A stretch of DNA of 64,000 bases from an uncultured Bacilli bacterium (GTDB lineage Bacteria; Bacillota_I; Bacilli_A; RF39; UBA660), in NCBI GenBank assembly GCA_947624505.1, contig CANQKO010000003.1, forward strand, positions 7,835 through 71,834, in the 5' to 3' direction. Positions within the stretch are counted from its first letter, which is position 1, and the number at the start of each line of letters is the position of its first letter. Below are positions 35,601-44,395 of the stretch, piece after piece. The notes below the pieces were generated by a model, which ran no database searches, was not told where the DNA came from, and worked only from the letters and a program-made list of their open reading frames with translations. The translations under genes were made by a program, and so were the position numbers.

Positions 35601-37601
35601 ATGAGAGTATGTTTAGTTAGTGAAGAATATCCAGAAGAGACCAATTTTGGAGGAATAGCAACTTACCAAAAAAACGTTGCTGAAGAATTAGTAAAAAAAG
35701 GCTGTACTGTTTATGTTATTTGTAGAGGTTTAAAAAATAATCAGGAATATACTGAAAATGGTGTTAATATTATTAGAATTTATGTTCCTCGAAACAACAC
35801 TTTAGATGGATATATTAATTATCGAAAAGAAGTGGCAAAAAAATTACTTCAATTACAAGAAAATAATTTAATCGATATAATAGAAACCCCTGATTGGGGA
35901 GCAGAAACCTATTTTTTTGAAAAAAAACGACATATTCCTTTAGTTGTAAGGCTTCACACTCCTTTAAAAATTTGGCTTAAGTATAATAAAAATAATTTTG
36001 GAAATGCCAAGAAAAAATTATTAAAATGGGAAAATAAAATGATTAAAAGTGCTGATTTAATTACTTGTTGTTCCAATGCTTTGAAAAGAAAAATTGTTTA
36101 TAATTTTCAAATAAATCCAAATAGGATAAAGGTTACCCCTAATCCAGCTGATTTAAATAATTTTTATTGTGATAAAACAATAAAAAAAGAAAACAAAATA
36201 ATATATGTTGGTAGTTTAGAACAAAGAAAAGGTGTTGTTATTTTAGCTAAAGCTTTAAATATTCTTTTATTAAAATATCCGGATTTAAAAATTGATTTTA
36301 TTGGAAAGGATACAAATAGAAATAAAAAAAATATATCAATGATTCAATATATTAAACAAATAGTTAAAGAGAAATATCATTCTAATTTAAACTTTGTTGG
36401 TCAAATTCCTAATAATTGCATTAATAAATATTTAAATTCTTCTTTAGTTGCTGTTTTTCCTTCTTTATTTGATAATTTTCCTTATGTAGTTTTAGAAGCA
36501 ATGGCTTGTGGTTTACATATTGTTGGTAGCAAAAATTCGGGAATGGTAGAAATGCTTTTTGATCAAAGTGCTATTTATAATACTGGATCGGTTAAAGATT
36601 TAGCTAGGAAAATCGAAAACAAATATTTACTTTCTTTAACTGATAATTATAATATAGCTAATATAAATAGAGTAAAAGAATATTATAATACATCTAATGT
36701 TTGTGAAAATATTCTTATTGATTATCGAAAAACAATTAATACTTATCAAGAAAAAAATATTAATAAAAATGATTTTGCTTATATTTTAAATGGGATAACT
36801 TTTTCAACAATAAAGAAAATTCAAAGAGAAAATGGGGGAGTGGCCAATATAGTCTATCGTATTAAAACTGAAGATAGAATATTTATTGTAAAAAAATATA
36901 ATTATGATTATAACTTTAAATTTGCCGATATGTTATATAATTTATATATTAAAAATAATATCCGGGTTGTTAAACCTATTAATAAAAATCCTATTAAATA
37001 TAAAAATAATTTTTACAATGTTTTTCCTTATATTAAAAAAGATTTTAATAAAAGAGTAGATATAAAATATTTATGTAAATTAATTACAATAGATAGATTA
37101 GTTAATTTAGATGATATATTATTGCAAAAATGTGATTTTTATTATGAAAATTTAGTAAATAAATCATTAAATAATATTCCTAAAGAACAAGTAAATTTTG
37201 TTTTAGAAACATATAAAAAATTAAATGTAATGAATGGCAGTTTTATTAATCACGGTGATATTCAATTAAGCAATATTCTTAAAAATAAAAATAATTATTA
37301 TTTAATTGACTTTGATGAAACAACAATAGGACCTTATTTATATGATTATGCGGTTATTGTTATTAAAATGTTTACAAAAAGAAATTTTAATAAGAAAAAA
37401 ATTAATCATTTGCAAAAATTAATTCAAGAAAATAACGATAAAATTACAAAAGAAGAGTTTTTAAATATAACAAAATTTTATTTATGTAAAATTCTTTTAG
37501 AAAAATTTTATTTACATAATATTAATAAAATTGATTTATTATCTCATCAGCAAAGAAAAGACTTTTATTTAAGATATTATGAATTATTAAAAAGGATTTA
37601 G
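35601..37601 (+). CDS. fusion protein: GT4 glycosyltransferase (N) + CotS/APH-type small-molecule kinase (C)
   Basis: The N-terminal ~375 aa is GT-B/GT4-like (GGIATYQKNVAEEL..., EQRKGV, FPSLFDNFPYVVLEAMACG). The C-terminal ~280 aa has a kinase Lys (IFIVKKY), a catalytic loop HGDIQLSNIL and YLIDFDE. Confidence 0.75.
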   Translation: MRVCLVSEEYPEETNFGGIATYQKNVAEELVKKGCTVYVICRGLKNNQEYTENGVNIIRIYVPRNNTLDGYINYRKEVAKKLLQLQENNLIDIIETPDWGAETYFFEKKRHIPLVVRLHTPLKIWLKYNKNNFGNAKKKLLKWENKMIKSADLITCCSNALKRKIVYNFQINPNRIKVTPNPADLNNFYCDKTIKKENKIIYVGSLEQRKGVVILAKALNILLLKYPDLKIDFIGKDTNRNKKNISMIQYIKQIVKEKYHSNLNFVGQIPNNCINKYLNSSLVAVFPSLFDNFPYVVLEAMACGLHIVGSKNSGMVEMLFDQSAIYNTGSVKDLARKIENKYLLSLTDNYNIANINRVKEYYNTSNVCENILIDYRKTINTYQEKNINKNDFAYILNGITFSTIKKIQRENGGVANIVYRIKTEDRIFIVKKYNYDYNFKFADMLYNLYIKNNIRVVKPINKNPIKYKNNFYNVFPYIKKDFNKRVDIKYLCKLITIDRLVNLDDILLQKCDFYYENLVNKSLNNIPKEQVNFVLETYKKLNVMNGSFINHGDIQLSNILKNKNNYYLIDFDETTIGPYLYDYAVIVIKMFTKRNFNKKKINHLQKLIQENNDKITKEEFLNITKFYLCKILLEKFYLHNINKIDLLSHQQRKDFYLRYYELLKRI

Positions 37602-37607
37602 GTTTTT

Positions 37608-38225
37608 ATGAATAATGAAAAGAAAAAAATAATAGCAATTATGGGTCCATCAGGAAGTGGAAAAACAACATTAGGAACAAATTTACAAAAAAGAAATAAT
37701 ATTATTGTTCCTCGACATACAACAACTAGAGAAAAAAGAAATGATGATACTCTAGGTTTTTATCGCTATATTACACATAGTGAATACCAAAATAGATATT
37801 TAAATGGTGAATTTTTAATATCTTCTGGTGATAGCCAAATTATTAGTAAAGAATATGGTAATTTTTATGGAGTTTTAAAAAAAGATAGTGATTTAGCTTT
37901 TTCTGAAAGTGACGCAATTTTATTATATACATCTTATAAAGATATCAATAATTTAATATTATTACGTGATATATATGAAATTATAATTCTTAATTTGACT
38001 TTCACGGACATTGCTAAAGGAGTTAGATCTAGATTAGAAACTGAAAAGTTAAGAAATCATACTTTACAAGATATTGAAAAAAGGATTTACTGGGCTTTAA
38101 AAGATGATAATGATTATCGTAATTTAGTTGATAAAAATTCAACCTTAATTGTATATACAGATATAGATAATATAGAAGAAACATATGCAAAAGTATGTAA
38201 AACTTTAAAATTAGAGAGAAGGTAG
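37608..38225 (+). CDS. guanylate-kinase-fold P-loop kinase-like protein
   Basis: P-loop GPSGSGKTT and VPRHTTTREKRNDDTLGFYRYITHSEY, resembling the Gmk S-TTR-R-E-G-Y-F segment. 205 aa. Starts 6 nt after the preceding stop. Confidence 0.6.
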   Translation: MNNEKKKIIAIMGPSGSGKTTLGTNLQKRNNIIVPRHTTTREKRNDDTLGFYRYITHSEYQNRYLNGEFLISSGDSQIISKEYGNFYGVLKKDSDLAFSESDAILLYTSYKDINNLILLRDIYEIIILNLTFTDIAKGVRSRLETEKLRNHTLQDIEKRIYWALKDDNDYRNLVDKNSTLIVYTDIDNIEETYAKVCKTLKLERR

Positions 38226-38227
38226 TT

Positions 38228-39832
38228 ATGGAATATTGGGATTTATATGATGAAAATCGTCATAAATTAAATAGAAAAGCTAAAAGAGGAGACTATTTAC
38301 AAGATAGTGAATATCATTTAGTTGTTAATGCTTGGATAAAAAATGCTAAAGGGGAGTTTTTAATAACGCAAAGAAGTGCCAATAAGTCACATCCTTTAAT
38401 GTGGGAATGTACTGGGGGATCGGCTCTTATGGGAGAGGGTTCATTGGAAGCAGCTAAAAGAGAAGTTAAAGAAGAATTAGGAATAGATATTAGTGATGTA
38501 GAAGGTATTTTTGTTGGTAGTACTAAAAGATATTATGAAGGATGCCCAGATATTTTAGATGTTTGGTTATTTCATTATGATGTTTCTTTAGACAAAGTAA
38601 AAATTCAAAAAGAAGAAGTTAATGATGTTAAATGGGCAAGTAGAAAGACAATAAAAGAATTATATGATCAGAAAAAATTTGAAGCTAATGCTTATTTTGA
38701 AGATATAATAGGAAAAAAAGATTATATATATTATATTGGCTTAAATGCTAATAATGCTATTTGCAACGATAATTTTTTTGCTGGATCAATAACTTTATAT
38801 AATACAAAAGAAAAAGGTAACATATATTTTAGTGATAAATTTATAGAAGATACAAAAAGTGATATTTTTATGCAAAAATATTATAATTTTGTATATCAAA
38901 CGGCCTTAGAAAAACAGAAGAAAAATCCGAATACTTATTTTATTTGTTTTAATGAAAAAATTAGAAAACTATGTCAAAAAATGAGTGATATTAATATTAT
39001 TAAGAGTAATTCTCCAGAAATTTTAGATTTATTAAATGACAAATTTAAAACCAGAGAATTATTTAAAAAATATATGCCTATTTTAGAATATAAATATTTT
39101 AGTGGTATAAGAACTTATGAAGAAATAAAAGAGATAATTAAAGAAAATGAGTTTGTTTTACAAGGTCAAATTGGTGCCGGAGGTGATAATACTTATTTAG
39201 TTACTTCATCACAAAATTTGCCACCTTTAAGTGCCGAAAGTAACTATTGTGTATCAAAATATGTAATAAATACACCTTTAAATATTACTTTAGTTATTTA
39301 TGATGACAAAGTATTATTTTTACAAATATCAGCTCAATTAATTTTATTAACTGATCATAAATTTAAGTATGTTGGTGGAGATTTTATATATCCCCAAAAT
39401 TTAGATAAAAAAATAATCGATCAAATAAATAAAGGAAGTTTGCAAATAGCTAAAGATCTTCAAAATATGGGATATCGAGGGATTTTGGGCATTGATTTTG
39501 TATTAAAAGATGGAGTGGTTTATTTTATGGAAATTAATCCACGCTTTCAAGCTTCAAGTTTTCTAATAAGTCAAGCTTTAAGACAAAAATATAATATAGA
39601 TATTGCCAAATTGCATTGTGATGCTTTAATGAAAAAGAGTGTATCGCCGATTAAAATAGGCAAAATAGATTATAGCTTTTTAAATTGTAATGAATCGGAA
39701 GATTTTCGTGTTTTATGTAATTATGAAATATTAGATAAAGGTTATTTCAAAGATAATAAATCATCTGTTTATCGAAAAATCTTTAATCATAGTATTATTA
39801 ATCTTTTGCCTTTTGAAAAAGAAAATAAATGA
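38228..39832 (+). CDS. fusion protein: Nudix hydrolase (N) + ATP-grasp ligase (C)
   Basis: Nudix box GSALMGEGSLEAAKREVKEELGI. ATP-grasp elements GQIGAGGDNTYLV and GYRGILGIDFVLKDGVVYFMEINPRFQAS. Starts 2 nt after the preceding stop. Confidence 0.75.
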   Translation: MEYWDLYDENRHKLNRKAKRGDYLQDSEYHLVVNAWIKNAKGEFLITQRSANKSHPLMWECTGGSALMGEGSLEAAKREVKEELGIDISDVEGIFVGSTKRYYEGCPDILDVWLFHYDVSLDKVKIQKEEVNDVKWASRKTIKELYDQKKFEANAYFEDIIGKKDYIYYIGLNANNAICNDNFFAGSITLYNTKEKGNIYFSDKFIEDTKSDIFMQKYYNFVYQTALEKQKKNPNTYFICFNEKIRKLCQKMSDINIIKSNSPEILDLLNDKFKTRELFKKYMPILEYKYFSGIRTYEEIKEIIKENEFVLQGQIGAGGDNTYLVTSSQNLPPLSAESNYCVSKYVINTPLNITLVIYDDKVLFLQISAQLILLTDHKFKYVGGDFIYPQNLDKKIIDQINKGSLQIAKDLQNMGYRGILGIDFVLKDGVVYFMEINPRFQASSFLISQALRQKYNIDIAKLHCDALMKKSVSPIKIGKIDYSFLNCNESEDFRVLCNYEILDKGYFKDNKSSVYRKIFNHSIINLLPFEKENK

Positions 39833-39882
39833 CAAAATAGAAAATATTTTGTATAATAAATAGCACTTAAAGAGGTGATTTG

Positions 39883-42069
39883 ATGGATACAGAACAAATT
39901 AAAATAGAACAAGAAAAATTATCTGAAACAATTAAAGTTATAAAACAAATTTTAATAACCGAAAAAGAAAAATTAAAAAAATTAGAAGATAATTTTATTG
40001 GCGAACGAGAAGATTTATGGAAAATGGTTGCAGAACGAGAAGTACACATTAAAAATATTGAATATAGTGAAGAAAATCCTTATTTTGCGAGAATAGATTT
40101 TAGAGACATTAGCAGTCAAACTGAACAAAGTATATATATCGGTAAAAATGGTATTATTGATGATTCTAAAATTGTTGTTGTTGATTGGCGAGCACCTATA
40201 AGTTCACTTTATTACGATTCAGAAATTGGCGAATGTCACTTTACGGCCCCAGAAGGTGAGATATATGGAACATTAAAATTAAAAAGACAATTTGATATAA
40301 GTAGTGGTGTATTAAACAATTATTATGATGTTGATTTAGTATCTAATGACGATTTATTACAAAAATACTTAAATAATAATAATGATCAACGACTTAAAAG
40401 TATTGTTTCTACAATTCAAAAAGAGCAGAATGAAGTAATAAGAAAAAAAATTCATGAAAATTTAATAATTCAGGGTGTTGCTGGTAGTGGCAAAACGACG
40501 GTCGCACTTCACAGAATTGCTTATTTGGTCTACAATTATATGAAAAATATTAGACAAAACCAATTTTTAGTTATAGGGCCTAATCCAATATTTTTAAAAT
40601 ACATAAAATCAGTATTACCAGAACTTGATGTCTCAGGTGTTACTCAATGTACTTTTGAGCAATTAGTAGATGTATACGTTAATGAACCAATAAATATTAG
40701 TGACTCTGATAAAAAACTCTCATTAAGCATTGCTGGTAAAATTAATAATGATATTGATAAATTTAAATGCTCAATGAAATATAAAGTTATGCTAGAACAG
40801 TTTCTTAGTACTTTTATTGATAGTTTAACTCAAAAGCCGTTAACATTAGGAGATTTTGTTGTTTTAAATAAAGAAATTATAACAAAAAATTTTAAAGATA
40901 CTAATAGTGATTATTCGTTGGATTTAAGAATAGAACAAACAATTGAAAAATTAAATCGTTTTATAGTTGAGCATCAAGATAGTATTATTTCTAGATATAA
41001 TAATTATTCTTTTGAAATATTTAAAGATATTAAAAGTGAAGAAGAAAAAACAATTATGCGTAAAAAATTTGCCAAAGATCTTGAAAATATAAAAAAAGGG
41101 TGTCGAAGTATTCTGCGAAAGTATTTTGCAAGTAGTAACACTTCCACTACAAAATTATATAAATTATTTATATCTACCATAAATAATTACGATTTATTTA
41201 ATTATAATAATTTAAAAGAATTACAAGCAAATACTTTAACAAATTTAAAAAAGCAAGTATTTGATTTTGAAGATTTAGCGGCTTTATTATATATTAAAAA
41301 AAATATTTTCCCTAATCGTAAATTTAATAATATAAGAAATGTCGTGGTTGATGAAGCCCAAGATTTAGGTGAATTTGATTTTTGGATTTTAAAAGAAATT
41401 TTACCATCAGCTACATTTAGCATTTTTGGTGATTTGGCACAATCAATATATGATTATCGAAGTATTAATAATTGGGATCAAGTTAATGCCCTAATGTTTA
41501 ATAATAATGCTCAAATAATTAATTTTAATAAAAGCTATCGTACAACGGCGGAAATTATGGAAGTAGCTGATGGAGTTGCCGAATATATTAATTTAAGTCC
41601 AGCATCTTTAGTGGTTAGAAAAGGAAATGATGTAACTTTTAGTCAAGTTGATGATAATAATATTCCTAATTATATTAAAGAGAAAATTGAGGAATTTAAA
41701 GATAAGGGATATAAAACAATAGCTGTAATTAGCAAAACAAACTTATTATCTTGCTATATAAATGATGATTTGAAAGAAATTGGTTTAAATGTTCCTAATA
41801 TTACATTAAATGATAATATAGTTGATCAAGAATTCTCAATTTGTACTATTTCTAATCAACTAGCTAAAGGATTAGAATTTGATGCAGTTATCATTAATAA
41901 TGCAAGTGAAGAGATTTATTCTAGCAGAAGTACCTTAGATATGAAATTATTGTATGTTGCTTTAACAAGAGCATTACACGAACTTGATATAATATATACG
42001 AATAATTTAACAGAACCATTAGCTAGAAAAATAGCTATGTTAAAAGATCGCGAAAAAAGAAAAGTTTAA
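39883..42069 (+). CDS. helD: HelD-type UvrD/Rep superfamily 1 helicase
   Basis: The N-terminal coiled region and RIDF...YIGK..I segment are typical of HelD. Walker A GVAGSGKTTVALHRIAYL, Walker B VVVDEAQD, C-terminal GLEFDAVII...LYVALTRA. ATG 39883 follows AAGAGGTGA. Confidence 0.8.
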   Translation: MDTEQIKIEQEKLSETIKVIKQILITEKEKLKKLEDNFIGEREDLWKMVAEREVHIKNIEYSEENPYFARIDFRDISSQTEQSIYIGKNGIIDDSKIVVVDWRAPISSLYYDSEIGECHFTAPEGEIYGTLKLKRQFDISSGVLNNYYDVDLVSNDDLLQKYLNNNNDQRLKSIVSTIQKEQNEVIRKKIHENLIIQGVAGSGKTTVALHRIAYLVYNYMKNIRQNQFLVIGPNPIFLKYIKSVLPELDVSGVTQCTFEQLVDVYVNEPINISDSDKKLSLSIAGKINNDIDKFKCSMKYKVMLEQFLSTFIDSLTQKPLTLGDFVVLNKEIITKNFKDTNSDYSLDLRIEQTIEKLNRFIVEHQDSIISRYNNYSFEIFKDIKSEEEKTIMRKKFAKDLENIKKGCRSILRKYFASSNTSTTKLYKLFISTINNYDLFNYNNLKELQANTLTNLKKQVFDFEDLAALLYIKKNIFPNRKFNNIRNVVVDEAQDLGEFDFWILKEILPSATFSIFGDLAQSIYDYRSINNWDQVNALMFNNNAQIINFNKSYRTTAEIMEVADGVAEYINLSPASLVVRKGNDVTFSQVDDNNIPNYIKEKIEEFKDKGYKTIAVISKTNLLSCYINDDLKEIGLNVPNITLNDNIVDQEFSICTISNQLAKGLEFDAVIINNASEEIYSSRSTLDMKLLYVALTRALHELDIIYTNNLTEPLARKIAMLKDREKRKV

Positions 42070-42101
42070 ATATTATTATCATTGTGGCAAAAGTGCAAAA
42101 G

Positions 42102-42130
42102 TTGACAGCATTATTGAAAAACAGTATACT
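42102..42130 (+). promoter_or_regulatory. sigma-A-type promoter (TTGACA-17 nt-TATACT) upstream of the DUF1292/serine-hydrolase genes
   Basis: Hexamers and spacing read directly. Bracketed by the inverted repeat GTTGACA (42101-42107) / TGTCAAC (42137-42143). Confidence 0.6.
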
Positions 42131-42220
42131 TTTAATTGTCAACAAATTGGTGAAATTTTACATTTTATTTAAATATATATTAAATATTTGTTATAATTTT
42201 AATTAGAAAGAAGAATTAAA

Positions 42221-42493
42221 ATGGAAAGAATGCAATTTGAAAGAATTGATAATGATGGCAAAAAAGTTATGTGTGAGACAATTGCTACTTATCATAATGA
42301 TGATGATAATAAAGACTATATAATATATACTGATAATACATTTGATGAAAATAAGAAGTTAAGAGTGTATTATGCTTTATATGAAATAAAGGCTGATAAA
42401 ATTAAAATAATTGAGGCTAAAACAAATGAAGAAAAGAGAGTTGGATTAGAACTCATTAAAACAATTATCGAAGAATTAAAAACTAATAAGTAG
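42221..42493 (+). CDS. DUF1292-family small protein
   Basis: 90 aa. The pattern D..G....CE.IA.....D.....YI.YTD resembles DUF1292 (from memory). Confidence 0.55.
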   Translation: MERMQFERIDNDGKKVMCETIATYHNDDDNKDYIIYTDNTFDENKKLRVYYALYEIKADKIKIIEAKTNEEKRVGLELIKTIIEELKTNK

Positions 42494-43957
42494 ATGATAA
42501 AAATGAATTATGAACAATATATTAATGAATTATATCAAAGACAAAATATTAATGCTTCAACTAATACCCAAAATTTAGTTCCCAGGGAATTTTATGAATC
42601 AATGGTTTTGGGTGTTGAAAAAGTGTTAAAAGAAAATCCTGATGCATCATTAAGTGAACTTAGAAATATATTAATTAAAAAGTCTAAGATTGAAGAAAAA
42701 ATAAGAGATTTCTGTTTAATTAAGAAAAATGCCCCTGGAATGGTTGTGTCTTTAAGTACTAAGAATTATCATCACGAATTCTATGCTGGGAATAAAGAAG
42801 AAGTTGTTGCTAATAATGGTCAACTTGAGCCAAATGTTGTTCCAATGAACAATGATACAATTTTTGATTTAGCATCAACAACTAAGTTATTTACAGGTAT
42901 TGCTACTTTAAAATTAGTAGAAATGGGTGAATTAAATATCAATGATGAAGTTACAAAATATGTTCCTCAATTTGCTAATTTAAAGGGAATAACTATTTTT
43001 GATTTACTTTCATATCGATTACTTGGCACTGATAAAAGAGTTGATAGTGCTAAAAGTAGAGAAGAAGCGGAAAGTATTTTGTTTACAGCTTATCCTAAAG
43101 AATTGAAACAAGGAGAAAGCACTTATAATGACTTTACTTCAATGGTTTTAAAATATGTTATTGAAAAAGTTAGTGGAATGGAATATTATAGTTTTTTAAA
43201 AAGTTATATCTTAGATCCATTACAAATGACAGATACTTTAGTTAAAATAGGTGATGATAAGATCGATAGAGTAGCATCAACTAATAATGATGTTAGATTA
43301 TATAAAGATGGTAATATAGTTGAAAGAAATTATATTAATAAAGGTATCTCTAGTGATGATAAAGCAAGAGTATTAGGGCAACCTGAAGGTAATTTAAGTG
43401 GACATGCAGGGTTGTTCTCTACGGCTAAAGATATGGAAAAGTTAGCTAATGCTTTAATTACTAATAGTATTATTAGTGCTCATTTAAGAGATGAAATGGC
43501 TAAAAATAGAACAGGATATATTTATACTAAACCAGATGGAAGTAAAAGTGCCACTCAATATTTAGGTATGTTATGTTACTCAAAAAATCCTATCTTACCT
43601 TTAAGTGAAGTTCATCATCCATTAAGTGGTAATGCTTTAGCAGCGGCTGGTTGGTCTGGAACTCAATTTACTATGGACCCAACTAATGAAATAAATTTAT
43701 TTATGGGTTCTAACCGTAGCCATAATAGAGTAACTATCAATGGCCAACCGGATAAAGTTGTTTTAAAAGATAGTGGAGAAAAAGTTGTAACATTACCAAA
43801 TGGTCGGGAAGTAATTGATGCATCAAGATATGCTTATGATCGTGATGATGCGATTATTCATCCTGCCATTGAACTTACTTTTGAGTTAAAAATATTAGAA
43901 GATATTTTAGAAATTAAAGACTTAGATAAAGAAGAAAGTTCAACAGTTATAAGATAA
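42494..43957 (+). CDS. serine hydrolase of the beta-lactamase (class C / esterase) fold
   Basis: SxxK nucleophile motif LASTTKLFTG. A later YND element and SGHAGLFST (the HxG variant of KTG). 487 aa. Starts immediately after the previous stop. Confidence 0.7.
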   Translation: MIKMNYEQYINELYQRQNINASTNTQNLVPREFYESMVLGVEKVLKENPDASLSELRNILIKKSKIEEKIRDFCLIKKNAPGMVVSLSTKNYHHEFYAGNKEEVVANNGQLEPNVVPMNNDTIFDLASTTKLFTGIATLKLVEMGELNINDEVTKYVPQFANLKGITIFDLLSYRLLGTDKRVDSAKSREEAESILFTAYPKELKQGESTYNDFTSMVLKYVIEKVSGMEYYSFLKSYILDPLQMTDTLVKIGDDKIDRVASTNNDVRLYKDGNIVERNYINKGISSDDKARVLGQPEGNLSGHAGLFSTAKDMEKLANALITNSIISAHLRDEMAKNRTGYIYTKPDGSKSATQYLGMLCYSKNPILPLSEVHHPLSGNALAAAGWSGTQFTMDPTNEINLFMGSNRSHNRVTINGQPDKVVLKDSGEKVVTLPNGREVIDASRYAYDRDDAIIHPAIELTFELKILEDILEIKDLDKEESSTVIR

Positions 43958-43960
43958 TAA

Positions 43961-43993
43961 AAAAGTAAGAAAGTTAAATTTCTTGCTTTTTTT
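43961..43993 (+). terminator. intrinsic terminator after the serine hydrolase gene
   Basis: GTAAGAAA-GTTAAA-TTTCTTGC followed by T7. Confidence 0.7.
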
Positions 43994-44245
43994 GTAAAAC
44001 TTTATCAATTTCTGATAAGATAATTTTTTCACTTAAATCAATAAAATTATCGATATTTTCTAGATCAAAAACAAAGGCTTTACTTCTTTATCAGCAAAAT
44101 GAGTTATGTATTCAGGTTCATCAACTATTTTTGATATATCTTGCGCAATTGAACCAATTAAAATTTGCTTTTCATTTCTTTTTAAAGTTTTATTTATTTT
44201 TTTAGCCATTACCATATGAATTATAGATGATGCCATTTTATTCAC
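43974..44245 (-). pseudogene. remnant of a zinc-dependent phospholipase-C-like/metal hydrolase family gene (frameshifted and truncated)
   Basis: The N-terminal 61-aa ORF (MASSIIHMVMAKKI...LIGSIAQDISK...ITHF) stops at 44060. A different frame continues DLENIDNFIDLSEKIILSEIDKVLQKKQEI* to 43974. The frame change lies at the A5/T5 run 44064-44068. The family call is from memory. Confidence 0.35.
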
Positions 44246-44339
44246 TTCTTTCTTTTTTATTTTAAATTATCATTTATTCTTTTTATAGTTATATAAAGAA
44301 TAAAAAATGTAATTATTTACATAAAAGTGTCAATTTTAT

Positions 44340-44368
44340 TTGACATCTTTTTTATGATGATTTAGTAT
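44340..44368 (+). promoter_or_regulatory. sigma-A-type promoter (TTGACA-17 nt-TAGTAT) of the AMP-binding enzyme gene
   Basis: Read directly. The -35 hexamer is the right arm of the inverted repeat TGTCAA-TTTTAT-TTGACA (44328-44345). Confidence 0.55.
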
Positions 44369-44395
44369 ATATGTTGAAAGAAAGAGAGAGATACA

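Noticed and set aside
39867-41423. Antisense ORFs 39867-40049 and 41202-41423 within or at the start of helD
   Set aside because: They are Ser/Phe/Lys-rich antisense frames. helD motifs occupy the sense strand.
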